A DNA stretch of 64,000 nt from Antedon mediterranea (Eukaryota > Animalia > Echinodermata), in NCBI RefSeq assembly GCF_964355755.1, contig NC_092673.1:2418001-2482000 (forward strand), written 5' to 3'. A program made the translations under genes and the position numbers. Position 1 is the first letter of the stretch, and every line of letters begins with the position of its first letter. This document shows, piece by piece, positions 22,451 to 36,200 of this stretch. The notes under the pieces are model-generated. The model was not told the DNA's origin and searched no databases. It saw only the letters and a program-made list of their open reading frames with translations.

Positions 22451-22623
22451 TAAATACATAATATAAAAATAACGCTTAAAAAAGAACGATGTTTCGACTC
22501 CATCATGGGGTCATTATCAAGTCCAATGAATAAAATATAAAACAACTAATTAAATAGCACAGTCTAATTAACAGAGTCGAAACGTCGTTCTTTTTTAAGC
22601 GTTTTTTTTTATATTATGTATAT
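22451..22623. repeat. About 50-bp inverted repeat with degenerate hammerhead-like core (Penelope-like end)
   Basis: tacataatataaaaataacgcttaaaaaagaacgatgtttcgactc pairs with gagtcgaaacgtcgttcttttttaagcg...tatattatgta; the minus strand reads cttgataatgacccc...gagtcgaaacatc. Confidence 0.6.
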
Positions 22624-23447
22624 AACATTTCATACGTATAATAAATACTCACAATTACAATTGTTATTACAATTACGTATAATTAATGTATTATCAGACA
22701 AAAATAAAAAAGTCGACCGGTGGACTAACATAAAAATGACAATAAATACAGACTTGGGGCAAGTATAGCCTTTAGCCTATGTTATTCATTCAATCTATTA
22801 TATATAGGAAAACGATATAGAAAACTACATCAAAATTGAATATTATTCCTCTCAACAATATATTGCATATAGATGGTCATGTGACCAATGACTTGCTGAA
22901 CCATAGCTAATCAACTGTAAATCGTTCCTAATCAACATCCGAATGGAACTACTGTATAAACATAGGAGATCATATACAATATTGAGAGACAGACAAGCTT
23001 AGATAATTGCTTGTTTTTATAAGTTTGTTCCAATGCGTGTAGTATTAGCATCCAGTGAATCTCAATTTTTCCTATGGCTATACAAGCATAATTTAAAGAA
23101 TATTGATTGTTTATTCTACTAATTTTCATCAGGGTTAGAGCTCTGTCTACACTATCAAACGACTAGGACGTTGAGCAAAAAAAAACACAATGATTTAAAT
23201 TAGCTAAGTCCTTGTACAGAATAATATACTGAAATTACAACGTACCAATATCAAAATATAGTTCGCAATAATGATTAATAGGCACCTAGATAATATTTAA
23301 AATTGAAATTGGGGAGACCAGGGTAAACCTAAGTGAACTTAATCACTGTAGCTGAGCCGGTTGACATCTCTTCATGTGTTGAGTACCTGTACAAATAAAT
23401 ACATATGATTACATTAAATCAAGGATAAATAATTAACCTTTTTCTCC

Positions 23448-23618
23448 CAGTGGCGTAACGGCTATGAGCGCTCACTGGCTAAACCCAAGGCCCCCAGAGC
23501 TTAAGGGGGCCTCTGAGCAGTGCCCAGAAAAGGGCTAAAAATTCCCGAGGCTTCCAGCGTTGGAGGGCCACTTAGGGTCCATAAACCAGTTGTCTCAAAC
23601 CTCTGCTTTATGCCACTG
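23448..23618. mobile_element. Small DNA element with CAGTGGCGTAA TIR (hAT-like)
   Basis: cagtggcgtaa ... ttatgccactg. A diverged relative at about 48879-49050 shares actggctaaaccca and ttggaggg.cactta.gg. No clear 8-bp target duplication. Confidence 0.5.
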
Positions 23619-24535
23619 ATTTGTTCATGATACAACCAGTAACCTAACAGAAAGATTACATGTTGAAAACCTGTAAAAATTACGCATGTTATTTTGAACA
23701 CAGTCATCGGATACTTAGCAGCTGTGGGTTTAAAAGCATTTCAATATTATTGCTGTAAATATTGATTTATGAAAAGTAAAAGAAGGTGGTTGCAGCCGGC
23801 GATTGAAAGTAGATTAGTGACGACGTCATCAAGTCCGTCCAACGCGATGCTTTAAGTTTCTCAAATGAGATGAATTAAAGAGATTAGAAGTTGAATATCC
23901 GAGAAAAATCTCAAGTAGGCATCTATATAGTATAACAAAATCAATAGGCGGAAATAGTTCAGAATTTTATTCTTGATGCCATGTTTTTTTAAAATAATTT
24001 ATCAGAGTACTTCTATCAGGGAAGAGTGTGCTTTTATTATACTTACTCATCTCATATGCGAATTAGTATATAACCAAATATTAAGGCAGAAAAAGACCTG
24101 TGCTGAGCATGGGTTACTGCTAGTTAATTCTCAATATTAAGGCCTAAACATTTTTACTACCCAATTATACATAGCTTACTAATAAGTATTAGTCAACAAT
24201 AAAAATATAAATTTGAAATCAATTAAAATATAGATACACAACATATTTTATGAGGTTTCTAAATATTTATTATTGAAATACTTATTTAAACAATGTAGGT
24301 ACTTAATTTAAAATTTAAATAATCAAAGTAAAATCCAAACTCATATTTTTATATTCAAACCAAAACAAACAAATATAAAAATCAATTCTTATATACAGAT
24401 CAACTGTATAATGTACATTTACAATACACTCATATAAACAAAATGAAATGTCAAAATATGTAAACATCTTATTATATAACACATACAAACATACAATCAA
24501 CATTAGGCACGACATATGGTTGCGTTTGAATACAG

Positions 24536-25092
24536 CCATATATAGACATTACATATCCATATGTAAACATTACATATCCATATATAAACATCACATATAT
24601 CCATATGTAGACATTACATATCCATATAGATATTACATATCCATATATAGACATTACATATCCATATGTAGACATCACATATCCATATATAGACATCACA
24701 TATCCATATATAGACATTACATATCCATATGTAGACATTACATATCCATATGTAGACATTACATATCCATATGTAGACATTACATATCCATATATAGACA
24801 TTACATATCCATATATAGACATTACATATCCATATATAGACATTACATATCCATATATAGACTTTATCCATATATATAGACATTACATATATCCATATAT
24901 AGACATTACATATATCCATATATAGACATTACATATCCATATATAGACATCACATATATCCATATATAGACATTATATATCCATATATAGACATTACATA
25001 TCCATATATAGACATCACATATCCATATGTAGACATCACATATATCCATATATAGACATTACATATCCATATATAGACATTACATATCCATA
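24536..25092. repeat. 21-bp minisatellite (ccatatatagacattacatat)
   Basis: Tandem copies; produce repetitive spurious ORFs on both strands. Confidence 0.9.
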
Positions 25093-25334
25093 TGCAGTCA
25101 ACAAATGAAATGACCCATAATGTGCCCATATATGGTAATAAAAATACAAACTATATCAACCATATATATATATATATTTAAAGAAACCCTTATAACAAAC
25201 CTTTAATAATGACATATTATTTAAAACTTAACTGTACAACAGCAACAAAATTATAATTGTTATATTTAAAATGGCAAGAAAACTACTATTTTGATAAATA
25301 TCCAGTAGTAAAAAAATAATTTATAACAAATAAA

Positions 25335-25745
25335 GCTGAATGATGTCACTATTCCATAATGTACCCATCATGAAATGATGTCATAATAGGTACACATGAT
25401 TTTGTAATGTATAATCCCTATACATATATAACAAGATGTGCTGAATGATGTCACTATTCCATAATGTACCCATCATGAAATGATGTCATAATAGGTACAC
25501 ATGATTTTGTAATGTATAATCCCTATACATATATAACAAGATGTGCTGAATGATGTCACTATTCCATAATGTACCCATCATGAAATGATGTCATAATAAG
25601 TACACATGATTTTGAAATGTGTAATCCTTATACAAATATAACAAGATGTGCTGAATGATGTCACTATTCCATAATGTCCCCATCATGAAATGATGTCATA
25701 ATAGGTACACATGATTTTTAAATGTGTAATCCTTATACAAATATA
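25335..25745. repeat. 105-bp tandem repeat, about 4 copies
   Basis: gctgaatgatgtcactattccataatg starts at 25335, 25440, 25545 and 25650. Confidence 0.9.
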
Positions 25746-25876
25746 CCAAAATGTCCAATGTATTCCAAATAGATGTACTATGGACCTTGAATAACCAGGA
25801 TATTAGTCAGGGTAAAAATCAGCAATTCTCAAGGACCAAACAAAACAAATTTAGAATAACTTGATATTAGTAAAAA

Positions 25877-26045
25877 CCTCTGTCTACACTATCAAAGTTT
25901 GTGTGACAACAAAATGTGATGTGCCCAAATATGGAAGTGATATGCACAAATATGGAAGTGATATGCACAAATATGGTAGTGCTATGACATCATCATGTCC
26001 ATACAGTATATTTGTCACATACAGTTTGAGTATAGACAAGGCTTT
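25877..26045. mobile_element. MITE family 1 copy
   Basis: ctctgtctacactatcaaag ... gagtatagacaaggcttt with internal 21-bp units. Confidence 0.7.
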
Positions 26046-27240
26046 AAACATTAAAATAACAAAGAAATACAATAACAACAAATATAAATTCAGCTAATCT
26101 TTACATAGGACAGACAGACAAACCAGACTGTCTCAAACCGGACATTGCGGGCCAGCCTAGGGTGTCCAATTATTGGACACTGGAATAAATACAGTAATAA
26201 TAACATTAACAATTCGTCCAATATATTTCTGCAGAACAAATGTACAATATTACAGATTGTTAGAATATCTTGGGCTAACCTAATATCTACGTCATTTAAA
26301 ATATCTAATTTGCATCATTGCACAATTTAATTAAAAAAAATGTTCTCTCAAATATTGAAATTATTTTAGTTTGAACTAATTTCTTCATGATGTGAAATGA
26401 TGTTAATTAACATTAATTAGTTCATTGAAAATCTTTATTTGCCTCAAAATAAAATGATACATTAAAAAGTACAAAACGGTGTCTACGAAATTAAAAAATG
26501 TTTGAGGCTATATTGATATTAATGTTACAAAACTTGTTGTAGGCCAATTAATGTATATGACAGATCTTTTATTTATTTTTTTTATTATTCAATTCAAATT
26601 AACATTTCATTTCAATCATTAATTTCGGAGCATGTTAAAATTATTATATATAATTTAATTTAAGTATATAAAAAATATTGAGCAATATCATCTTACAACT
26701 ATATAGATTTTTACACTAAAAATGATACATATATATTTCATTTTGAAAGAAGTAAGGAACAAGTAAACAATAATGATATTAATATAAAATTACTTAGTGT
26801 ATAATTTAGTTATTAGCAAATGGATATTTGTCCTAATTTTAAATACATTTTCAAAATATCTGCTCTTAACTTAGATTTTACTAATTCTAATTAACACCAT
26901 GTTTTTAAATCTAAAAATTATTAACTATGTTCAGTTTTTGAAAGATATGAAATATATGATATGTAATCAATAAATATTTATCCAATATTGATCAAAATAA
27001 ATCGATAACAATTCATAACAATTGATATCACCTAAAAGGCTGTAATTAAAATTTACTAACCCTGTCAAACAACATTTTACTAAAATTTAAAATAATTGAA
27101 AAACCACAAATTAAACACTACACTCTTATGATTACAACAAATAATATTAAAAATATATAAAAGTGATATTTATTTATTAAACAAAATATAGAAACATAAA
27201 ATGTTAATTGCATACAAATATTAAATATTTACAAAATGTA

Positions 27241-30200
27241 TTATACAGGAGGTGGTGGAGGGGAAGAAAGAGAAGATCTAGGCCTAATTTTGGGTTTTAT
27301 TTGTACCTGTGGCCTCCCGTTCGCAGGCTTTGGCAGTACCTTTGGCTTGTTAGCAATATTTGGAGGAGGGGGCCTAACAGGTGGAGGTGGTTTTATTGGT
27401 GAAATTGGCATATTTGCACTATTTGAGTTATTTGTATTAGGGTATGTAGGTTTTAATGCTGGCAGCTTAGGGGGAACCCGATTCCTCCAACTTGAATCGC
27501 CGTTTGATGTCCTAGGAGCTACACTCGGTTTTACAGAAGTTGATGGAGGAGGGTATGGTCGAACTGGAGTAACAGGCTTAACTACTCCTATCGGTTTCAG
27601 TGGAGGTGTAGGCTTGGGCGGCGTAGGCTTAGGCGGCGTAGGTTTAGGCGGTGTAGGCTTAGGTGGTGTAATTTTAGCCGGTGGAGGTTTTGATGGAGCC
27701 GGCCTAGCTGGTGCTGGTCTAACCGGTGCGAATTCAACTGTGGCTGTGGCAGGAGAAAAATTCATAGGGTAAGATGGTATATCAGTGGCGGAAGTACCTG
27801 AGGAATGTTTGGATGAGTATCCTGATGAATAACCTGAGTTGCCACCTGTATCTGAGTACGAACCCTGAGCCAACGGTACTTTGTGCTCAATCGACAAAGG
27901 CTGTCCTGGTGACGTGACTGGTTTACGCAGTTGCTTTGTATTGCTTGAAGGCTTAGGTCTTTTATAGTTCCTGGAACAGAGTTAAAAAAGAATTTAATGT
28001 ATAAAGAAATAACAAAATTTAAAATGATTGTAGAAATAAAAAATATAAAAAATAAGGTAAAAATAATTAGAACATTCATTCATTCTTTCATTTTTTCAAT
28101 AATAGAAAATAATATATTAAAAAATAAATAATAATATTATAACATTTAAGTAGTAGTAACAGCTAAATAATTAGTTCTCTTTTTATATGCGCAAAAGGCA
28201 GAAAAGTTTGAGGAACAGACACAAACAATCTTTTCATTTCTGCATTGACAAAGAAACAAGACTCACGCATTTCTATAGTTTTTCCATTTTGCAGCAATAA
28301 CCTCTCGTTTTATGTACGCTCCGGTTGCTAGGAGTCCAATGATGGGTAGAACTACAAGTAACATGACAATGATGATGACTGTGCTACTGCTTGAACCAGG
28401 CACTGCAATCAGAAAAAAAACAAACACTTGTTTGTTAATGAATAATGAGTATGGATAGTAACAAAAGCAATAACATGTTGTACATTCTTTTATGAAATAT
28501 TTTGATTTCAAAGATGAACAATTGCTTATATTAGTACAGTTAACTCTCCCAATACCAAACTTTCTGAAAACCAGGTAACTCTCCCAATACCAGACTTTTC
28601 TGGATGTCCAAAAGGTAACAAATTCATTTTTACCATTAAAAACACAAAGTTCCTTGAAAACCAGACAAATTTGGACAGCCCAAAAGTGTCCAGTATTTGG
28701 AGAGTTGACTGTATAAATAAAATAAATAAATTATCTTGGTTGAAAATTGTTCGTGTATATTTAATCATGTACTATACCACACTGTAGGTGGTAACATTAC
28801 AGTCAATAATATAATGAATAACTTTACTGCGATACACACAAAAAATAAAACTGGACTCCAAATATCAAATATCACAGAAAGAGTACAATGGCTCATTCAG
28901 AAGAACACAAAGTATAAAGCTCTCATGTCTACACTATCAAACTAGTTTAACAAAAAAGTTTGATGTGCCTTACTAAATATGGCAGTGATATGCTCAAATA
29001 TGGCAGTGATACTACATCATTATGTCCATATATGGGCACATCACATTTTTTTGTCACATAAAGTTTGATAAGTGTGGACAGAGCTTTACAGGAAGAGTAC
29101 AATGGCTCATTCAAAAGAACATATAATATAAATGCATTATGAATTATTAAAAATAATATTATTATAGTGAGCTGCATCATAGGACTAATTTAATTACTCA
29201 GGTCAATTAAATCAATTGCTATTAAACCATTGTACAAGATATATTGAATAAACACTGGTTTCATGCGTCACAACATATTTTGTTTGACATTGAAAATTAC
29301 TACAAAAATTAATATGTTTAGCCTAATTCACCAAGTTTCATTTTCAATTTATGAATATTAGCAACATTTTTAAGGTCTATGATTGTTTCAGCCGGCTATC
29401 ACAACAACAATTGACTTGTGAGCATGCTCAAACAATCTTTAGTGTACAGTGAGTCATGTGGTGTAATGGGTAGTGATACCCTAATAGTGCCATCAAGAAC
29501 AAAAAGAAAATATAGATATTTGAAGAAAAATAGAGTTAGGGTTAAGTATAAAATACATTAAAAAAAACCTTTATAATGATATTAATACAAACTTTCATGC
29601 AAATTGTGCAAAAATTTAAATATACACACAGTGCCTTGTATATTTTGTGTGATTTTATTAAATCAAAATATACACTTTTTCGTCAGCTTACTTTTATACC
29701 TATTCAAAGATTGTTATCAGAGAATTACAAAAAAAAATATGAAAGAGTGATTGGTTCGTTTTTTGAGTACCTTTTATGTCTACTTCATTAGTGACATTTA
29801 AAAAAATACCTGTTGTTTCTACTTCATTTGTAACAAAAGGAATGGAAGTGACTAGAAAAAAAAGATAAAGTATAAACTACAGTTAGACACAAATCTAATA
29901 TTAGTATTTATACAGGTAAAATTATACGGGTAAAAATATATTAGTTAAAATATTTCTATATAACTAATAGGAAATTTCTATATACTATATCTGGACCATT
30001 GAGCTTGTCGGCAATGACTTTAATAGTACGTCTTGTTTGTGATAGATAGAATGAAGAAAAGAAGATGCAAAAGAAAACAATAAAATTAAAATTAAACAAA
30101 AGTAATAAGATTACAGTAAAACATTCCAAATAAGGCAATAAGTAAAGTATACTTATGTATTATTACTATAATTCACTATGATTCAATTTTTTATATTTAA

Positions 30201-33200
30201 TTCAATACTTTTTTGACAGGCACAGAAAAATTCTAAAAACAAATTATTATTAAACTTTCAATCTAACTATGAATTGCTTTCTTTGAATTGTATACAACTT
30301 TATTTAAATTATATTACACATAATTAAAATTGTAAAGAATTAAAAAGCGGGATTATTATCAAGAATATAGCTGTACTGGTATTGTCCACACTACTGTCCA
30401 TACTGATTGCCTTCTAAGTTTTCTTAGATGCAGGGGCGACTGTAAAAAGGTGATTATCATAAAAGCGGATATATTTCCAACAATTTTATTCCAGTCTATC
30501 TTAAATACCAATGGTTTAATTTAAAGGAATTTATATATATTATTTATATATGCTGTACAACCACAGACTAGAAGGCTTTGCATTATTAGTATCCATAATG
30601 TATTATTTATGTATATGGTTAAATCTATATTTAGAATTCTTATTTCTAATATTATTTTTTCACAAATATTCTACAAACAATTATTATTAATATTAAAATT
30701 TATAATTAAAGTGTAGTATCATTACAGTTGTGTGAATTACAGTACTAAGTATAAAAAAATGCAATACACAAAAAAAACAACAAAAAATGCACATACAGAT
30801 GAGGTTATATACAGTAATGCACTTGAAATGGAATATGAAAATGCTTTAATAATATTATTACAAATGGCATATCCAAAGACATGAAGCAGTAGAGCATGTC
30901 AACCGACTGAGCATGATCACAGACCATTTGTGAGTTGTGATAGCTTTTGTAAACGTTCCAAATTTAACAGATGTTAAAGCTATAATAAAATTAACATCTA
31001 TTCAATTTCTTATTTATAAGTAAACAACATCATATTTTTGCTTTCTTTTTTATTGTAATTTTCAATGTCATTTGTAGTTTTTTGTGCGTAATTTTTTAAA
31101 CGTAATTTATTGTAAATAAGGACTTCTATTTTTGTACAGCGCTTTGGTCTCTGAGAAATATATAAATCACTATAATAAATAATATACCAAGTACAGAGAC
31201 ATGAGTAAAGAATATAAAATTATAATGTTATATTTTGCATTTTTTGTACTGAAAAAAAGTGTAAACTGGATAAAACCCCTAAACTGAATTCATATAATTA
31301 TAAGAAAACTAATATAAATATATAACAATAACATTCAAATATTAATAAAACATTCAGTTTACTGATGCAGTACTTTATAATGCACATTCACACAAGACAG
31401 ATAGTAATAAAATGAAATAAAACTGAAATTTAATATATAAATATAAAATAATAATCATTCTCAAGTTACTTTTTGTATAATAAAATGTATAGAAATAAAG
31501 TATTTTTATATAGTGTTAAAATGAATAAACATTTAAAGATTGAATTTCTTTTTAAATTGGGAGACATGAATAACAACATACTACAAAATCTGTGTATTTC
31601 CATAAATCAAATTGTGTTTTTTTTTGTCAAAGTTTGTCAATATTTGCTATACGACTGAAATGATTGAATGTTTAGACCTTTCGTTAATTTATAAATTGTT
31701 TCTTATTTTAATTTATTATTTGTTCAAATGTCATACACCCACTTCTAATTATAGTCAAGCAATCTTGCGTACGCTTGTAAGCTAATCTTTTCAGCAATGT
31801 ATCAGTGTAAACATATGTTTAGGTTTGCTTAAAAGAATATGTTTAGTGCACCAGTGGTTCTAAGTATTGATCAGTGTAAACACATGTTATATTTGGTTTA
31901 AACACTTAATTTTAAAGAATGAATATTCTGAGGTTTAAACTAAAAAATGTGCCTAATAATTGGTGAGGTAAAATTGAACATTATGTGGGTTTAGATTAAA
32001 TTTGATTATATAAATCTATTAGTTTATACTCATCAGCCATGGTACTCTTTTTGTGAGGATACTTTTTTAAGAAAGGTTACATAACTTTTGGGTGCTTTTA
32101 TAACTATGCCTTCTGTTTGTTAACATCTTTGATTGGCTAATTTGTTTTATTATGTCATTTTGTGACTTGTATATCTTATCCTTTGTTACAATTCTCTTCA
32201 CCTGATGATGGGCTATGCCTGAAACACGTCCTGTTAATAAATTTATATTGAAGTAGTTTTTTTTGTTTGATTTTGATTTTTTCTTCTACCCTGCCTATGC
32301 AGTTCTTTGATATATACATAATACTGTAACTGGATGATATGTTGTGAACAATACAAATATAAAAAATTGTCAATAATGGTCAACTTACTTGGTTCCGGAA
32401 GTCTTGCTGGGCCACTATCGATACTCCCACCATAGCCGGGATCTCTACAATTAGGAGGTCCCCACTCACTATCACAATGGCAGTTGTTATTACTGTTACA
32501 CACCTACAGGTGGATCATATATGGAATGTTTACTAAGTATAGTAGCTATACACACAATATAGATTTACTTGAAATTGTATGTTCAAATTTTAATAAAGTT
32601 CATTAATTAAAGATGTATTTGAAGATGAATGAAGATTAATAGATCATTTTGTAGTTTTATCACAGAAGAAACTTATAAAATGACAAAATAAACGGATAAA
32701 TTCAACCAAAAACCCACAAGTTGGCAGCCAATTTGACTATTTTTTGCTTTAAATTACAGTTTTTTTAGAATCCGATCCAATTTTTGGTCAAAGTGAATAG
32801 CTATTACATGACATTAAAATGGCATATTCAACAATACATCTTTAAACCTAATTAACTGTGAATGTTTAAATTATCAAATTGATGTGTTAATTTGAATATA
32901 TTTATTTATATGATATGTATTTACCCCACGTCCATAGCAATTTTTATTGCACGGTTTGATTCCAAGGTCAGTTAGGTTCTTGCACTGGAAATTACTGCAA
33001 ATCTGTAGATAAAATACACATATACAAATTAAGAAATTGGTTGAAATACGTTGATTTTCTGTCAATTTATACAGAGTAACATAAATAATAATAAGTAACA
33101 AAGCTGTTTGGCCATACCAAAAATAACAGAAACAATAAGAAGAATACTGTCTTCGCAATACAGAAGAGGTCATTGCAGATGTTCTGCTGTGGCAGACAAA

Positions 33201-36200
33201 ACATAGACTTGCAAAACAAGGAGACAGATACTGGTATGCAGAGAGAAGAACTGGCTGTCACAATGGCAGATAGGAAGTTATGGAGGAATCTAGTCATATA
33301 AGTTTGGGTATGTCCCGGAACAAGTAAGTAATATAACTAATTGAAAGAATCAGAAGACTTAACTTTCCCAACCAGTTCATTTTTCTTATAGAATAGGCTT
33401 CATCAAGACACTGAGCTCGCCTTACCAAGATAGGAACACGTAACAGTCCTTTGATCTTATGTCTAGCAGCGACAAATACCAACAGTACTGTACTGTCGCA
33501 GCCAGAGATAAACCCTTTGATCAGCGAAGCTCAGTATCCTGTTGTTAGATAGCCTTGACTTCATTAAGACATTTGCAAGCAGACCTTTTTTCGCTAAGCA
33601 TGTTTGATAAATTTGACTCAAGTTCCTAAATTTGTTTCATAATAATAATATAACCTGCATTGTACTCACTGAATTAGGACCGCACGGTGCTCCATCGACA
33701 ACGAGCCCGGGGTCAGGAACATCTTCGCCAAAATCAACTGATGCTACTTTACATTCGTGTTGGTTGAAGTTTTCATCGTACGTATTCAGAACCTGTGATC
33801 GCACCAATGAGCCGATGATTGGGTAGGTAGGACCGCCCTCACAGAATAGCTTTCCACACATGATATCTCTGTACAAAGCAAGAAAATTACCTTTTGTATT
33901 TTGAACTTTATTTTGTTCAGTGAAAATAATTTTTTTTAAATTTTTAGTAATGACTGAAATAACTTTCTGCAAATGTAAGTTTTTAAATATTTTTTTTATG
34001 AATGAAATGTTTGATAAGATGAAATATTAATATAATTGTATCACATATTAAAACCGAGTAGAACTCCTATTAAGACACAGCTTCCGGACCTAAAAAAGTC
34101 ACCTCTTAATGTGCGTCACCTGAATAGTGGTTTACTGTAGTTTTAAATCATACTCGTCACTCGTTTTACAGAAACATGTCCCCTTCATAGGATTGTCCAA
34201 AAGGGGTTCTACAAAATATTCATAAATTTACGCACTATATAATAATTTTCATGCACACCAGTAGCATGCAGAAGTCATCAATTAACTACTTTCTACACTA
34301 TTTATGTAACAAATAAAATCACATCAAACAAATCAAAGATGGCGATGAAAGATCGTATTAGTTGTAAATGTAATTTCAGTCATTAATTTTATGAATATTC
34401 ATATATACATAAATTAATAACCACCAGTCATTAAAATGAATTCAAACATATGTTAATGGTAAACACACTTGAACAAGAATTGATGTGATATGATTTTTGC
34501 ATCTATAAATGTACTGATTTTGAATAATTTTTCTGTTTCGCGAAAATAAATATGGCAACTATTTTAATTTAAGTCTTTTTTTGCATGCAACAATTTTATA
34601 TAACATGCATCTATTGCTACATAATCTAAAGCATTCAATGGTCTAATACAGTGCTATATGCACTCGGTGTATAATATACAAATAATGAATGTTTATGAGT
34701 GCAATGGTACAAATAATGGCACGAGGTGAATGATGAAAGGTTATATCAACTCGGCTTTGCCTCGTTGATATAACCTTTCATCATTCACCTCGTGCCATTA
34801 TTTGTACCATTACACGAATACAAAACATTCATTATTTGTTTTATATAACATCTAAATAACAAACAAAAATGTTTCAAAAAGTACTATTTAACGATCGTTG
34901 AATAGTGCGTACTATTGCACGCCATGTGACCCACATTCGTCCAATCAAATGACAGGAATTTATATAGGTGTTATATAATATGCATTATTTAACAAAAAAA
35001 CAATATGCACACATATGCTTAATGCATGGTTTTATTTAAAAAGGAATTTTAAATTTCGGGAAGGAAACCAAAGAATATCAAAACGAGTAGAGCATTTAAA
35101 ATCACACGCTCACAAACCAGTCAATGTTCTGATAGTACCTGTATCTGTGTAATTTATTGTTATTTGTACTGTAATGTATTTAGTAGTATAATCCTATATT
35201 TTCATACAGAGCCCCTAGTACTATATTCTGTGATATACTGTAGTTGTGTATTACCATAGATATGGTATGGTATTACATAGATTGGTATCACATAGATTGG
35301 TATTACATTATTTAGTATTGGTATTTACATAGATTGGTATTACATAGATTGGTATTACATAGATTGGTATTACATTATTTAGTATTGGTATTTACATAGA
35401 TTGGTATTACATAGATTGGTATTACATAGATTGGTATTACATAGATTGGTATTACATAGATTGGTATTACATTATTTAGTATTGGTTTATTTAGTATTGG
35501 TATTACATAGATTGGTATTACATAGATTGGTATTACATTATTTAGTATTGGTATTTACATAGATTGGTATTACATAGATTGGTATTACATAGATTGGTAT
35601 TACATAGATTGGTATTACATAGATTGGTATTACATAGATTGGTATTACATTATTTAGTATTGGTTTATTTAGTATTGGTATTACATAGATTGGTATTACA
35701 TAGATTGGTATTACATAGATTGGTATTACATAGATTGGTATTACATAGATTGGTATTACATAGATTGGTATTACATAGATTGGTATTACATTATTTAGTA
35801 TTGGTTTATTTAGTATTGGTATTTACATAGATTGGTATTACATAGATTGGTATTACATTATTTAGTATTGGTATTTACATAGATTGGTATTTACATAGAT
35901 TGGTATTACATAGATTGGTATTACATAGATTGGTATTACATAGATTGGTATTACATACATAGATTGGTTTGTATATTAACATAAGCAAACTTTAGTTATG
36001 CTCTATCGGTTCACTAACCTTTGGTATAGTGACATCATGGAGCTTTAAATTAACTTCATTCATTTGATTTTTAAATGACTATGACACACAGTATAACAAT
36101 GAGTATATTGCATGACTATTTTTGTTTTAAACAGAACAAGAATTAACAAATAGCTGAAATACTACATGGAAATAGGGTTATATAGTCTGCCTTAGAGGGA

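Noticed and set aside
24448-24919. Repetitive ORFs (RHYISIY, YGYVMSI, IWICNVY)
   Set aside because: They are products of a 21-bp minisatellite; the same applies to 35564-35830 and 62814-63194.
27236-27772. Gly-rich 178-aa ORF on +
   Set aside because: It is the antisense shadow of the proline-rich ADAM tail exon.
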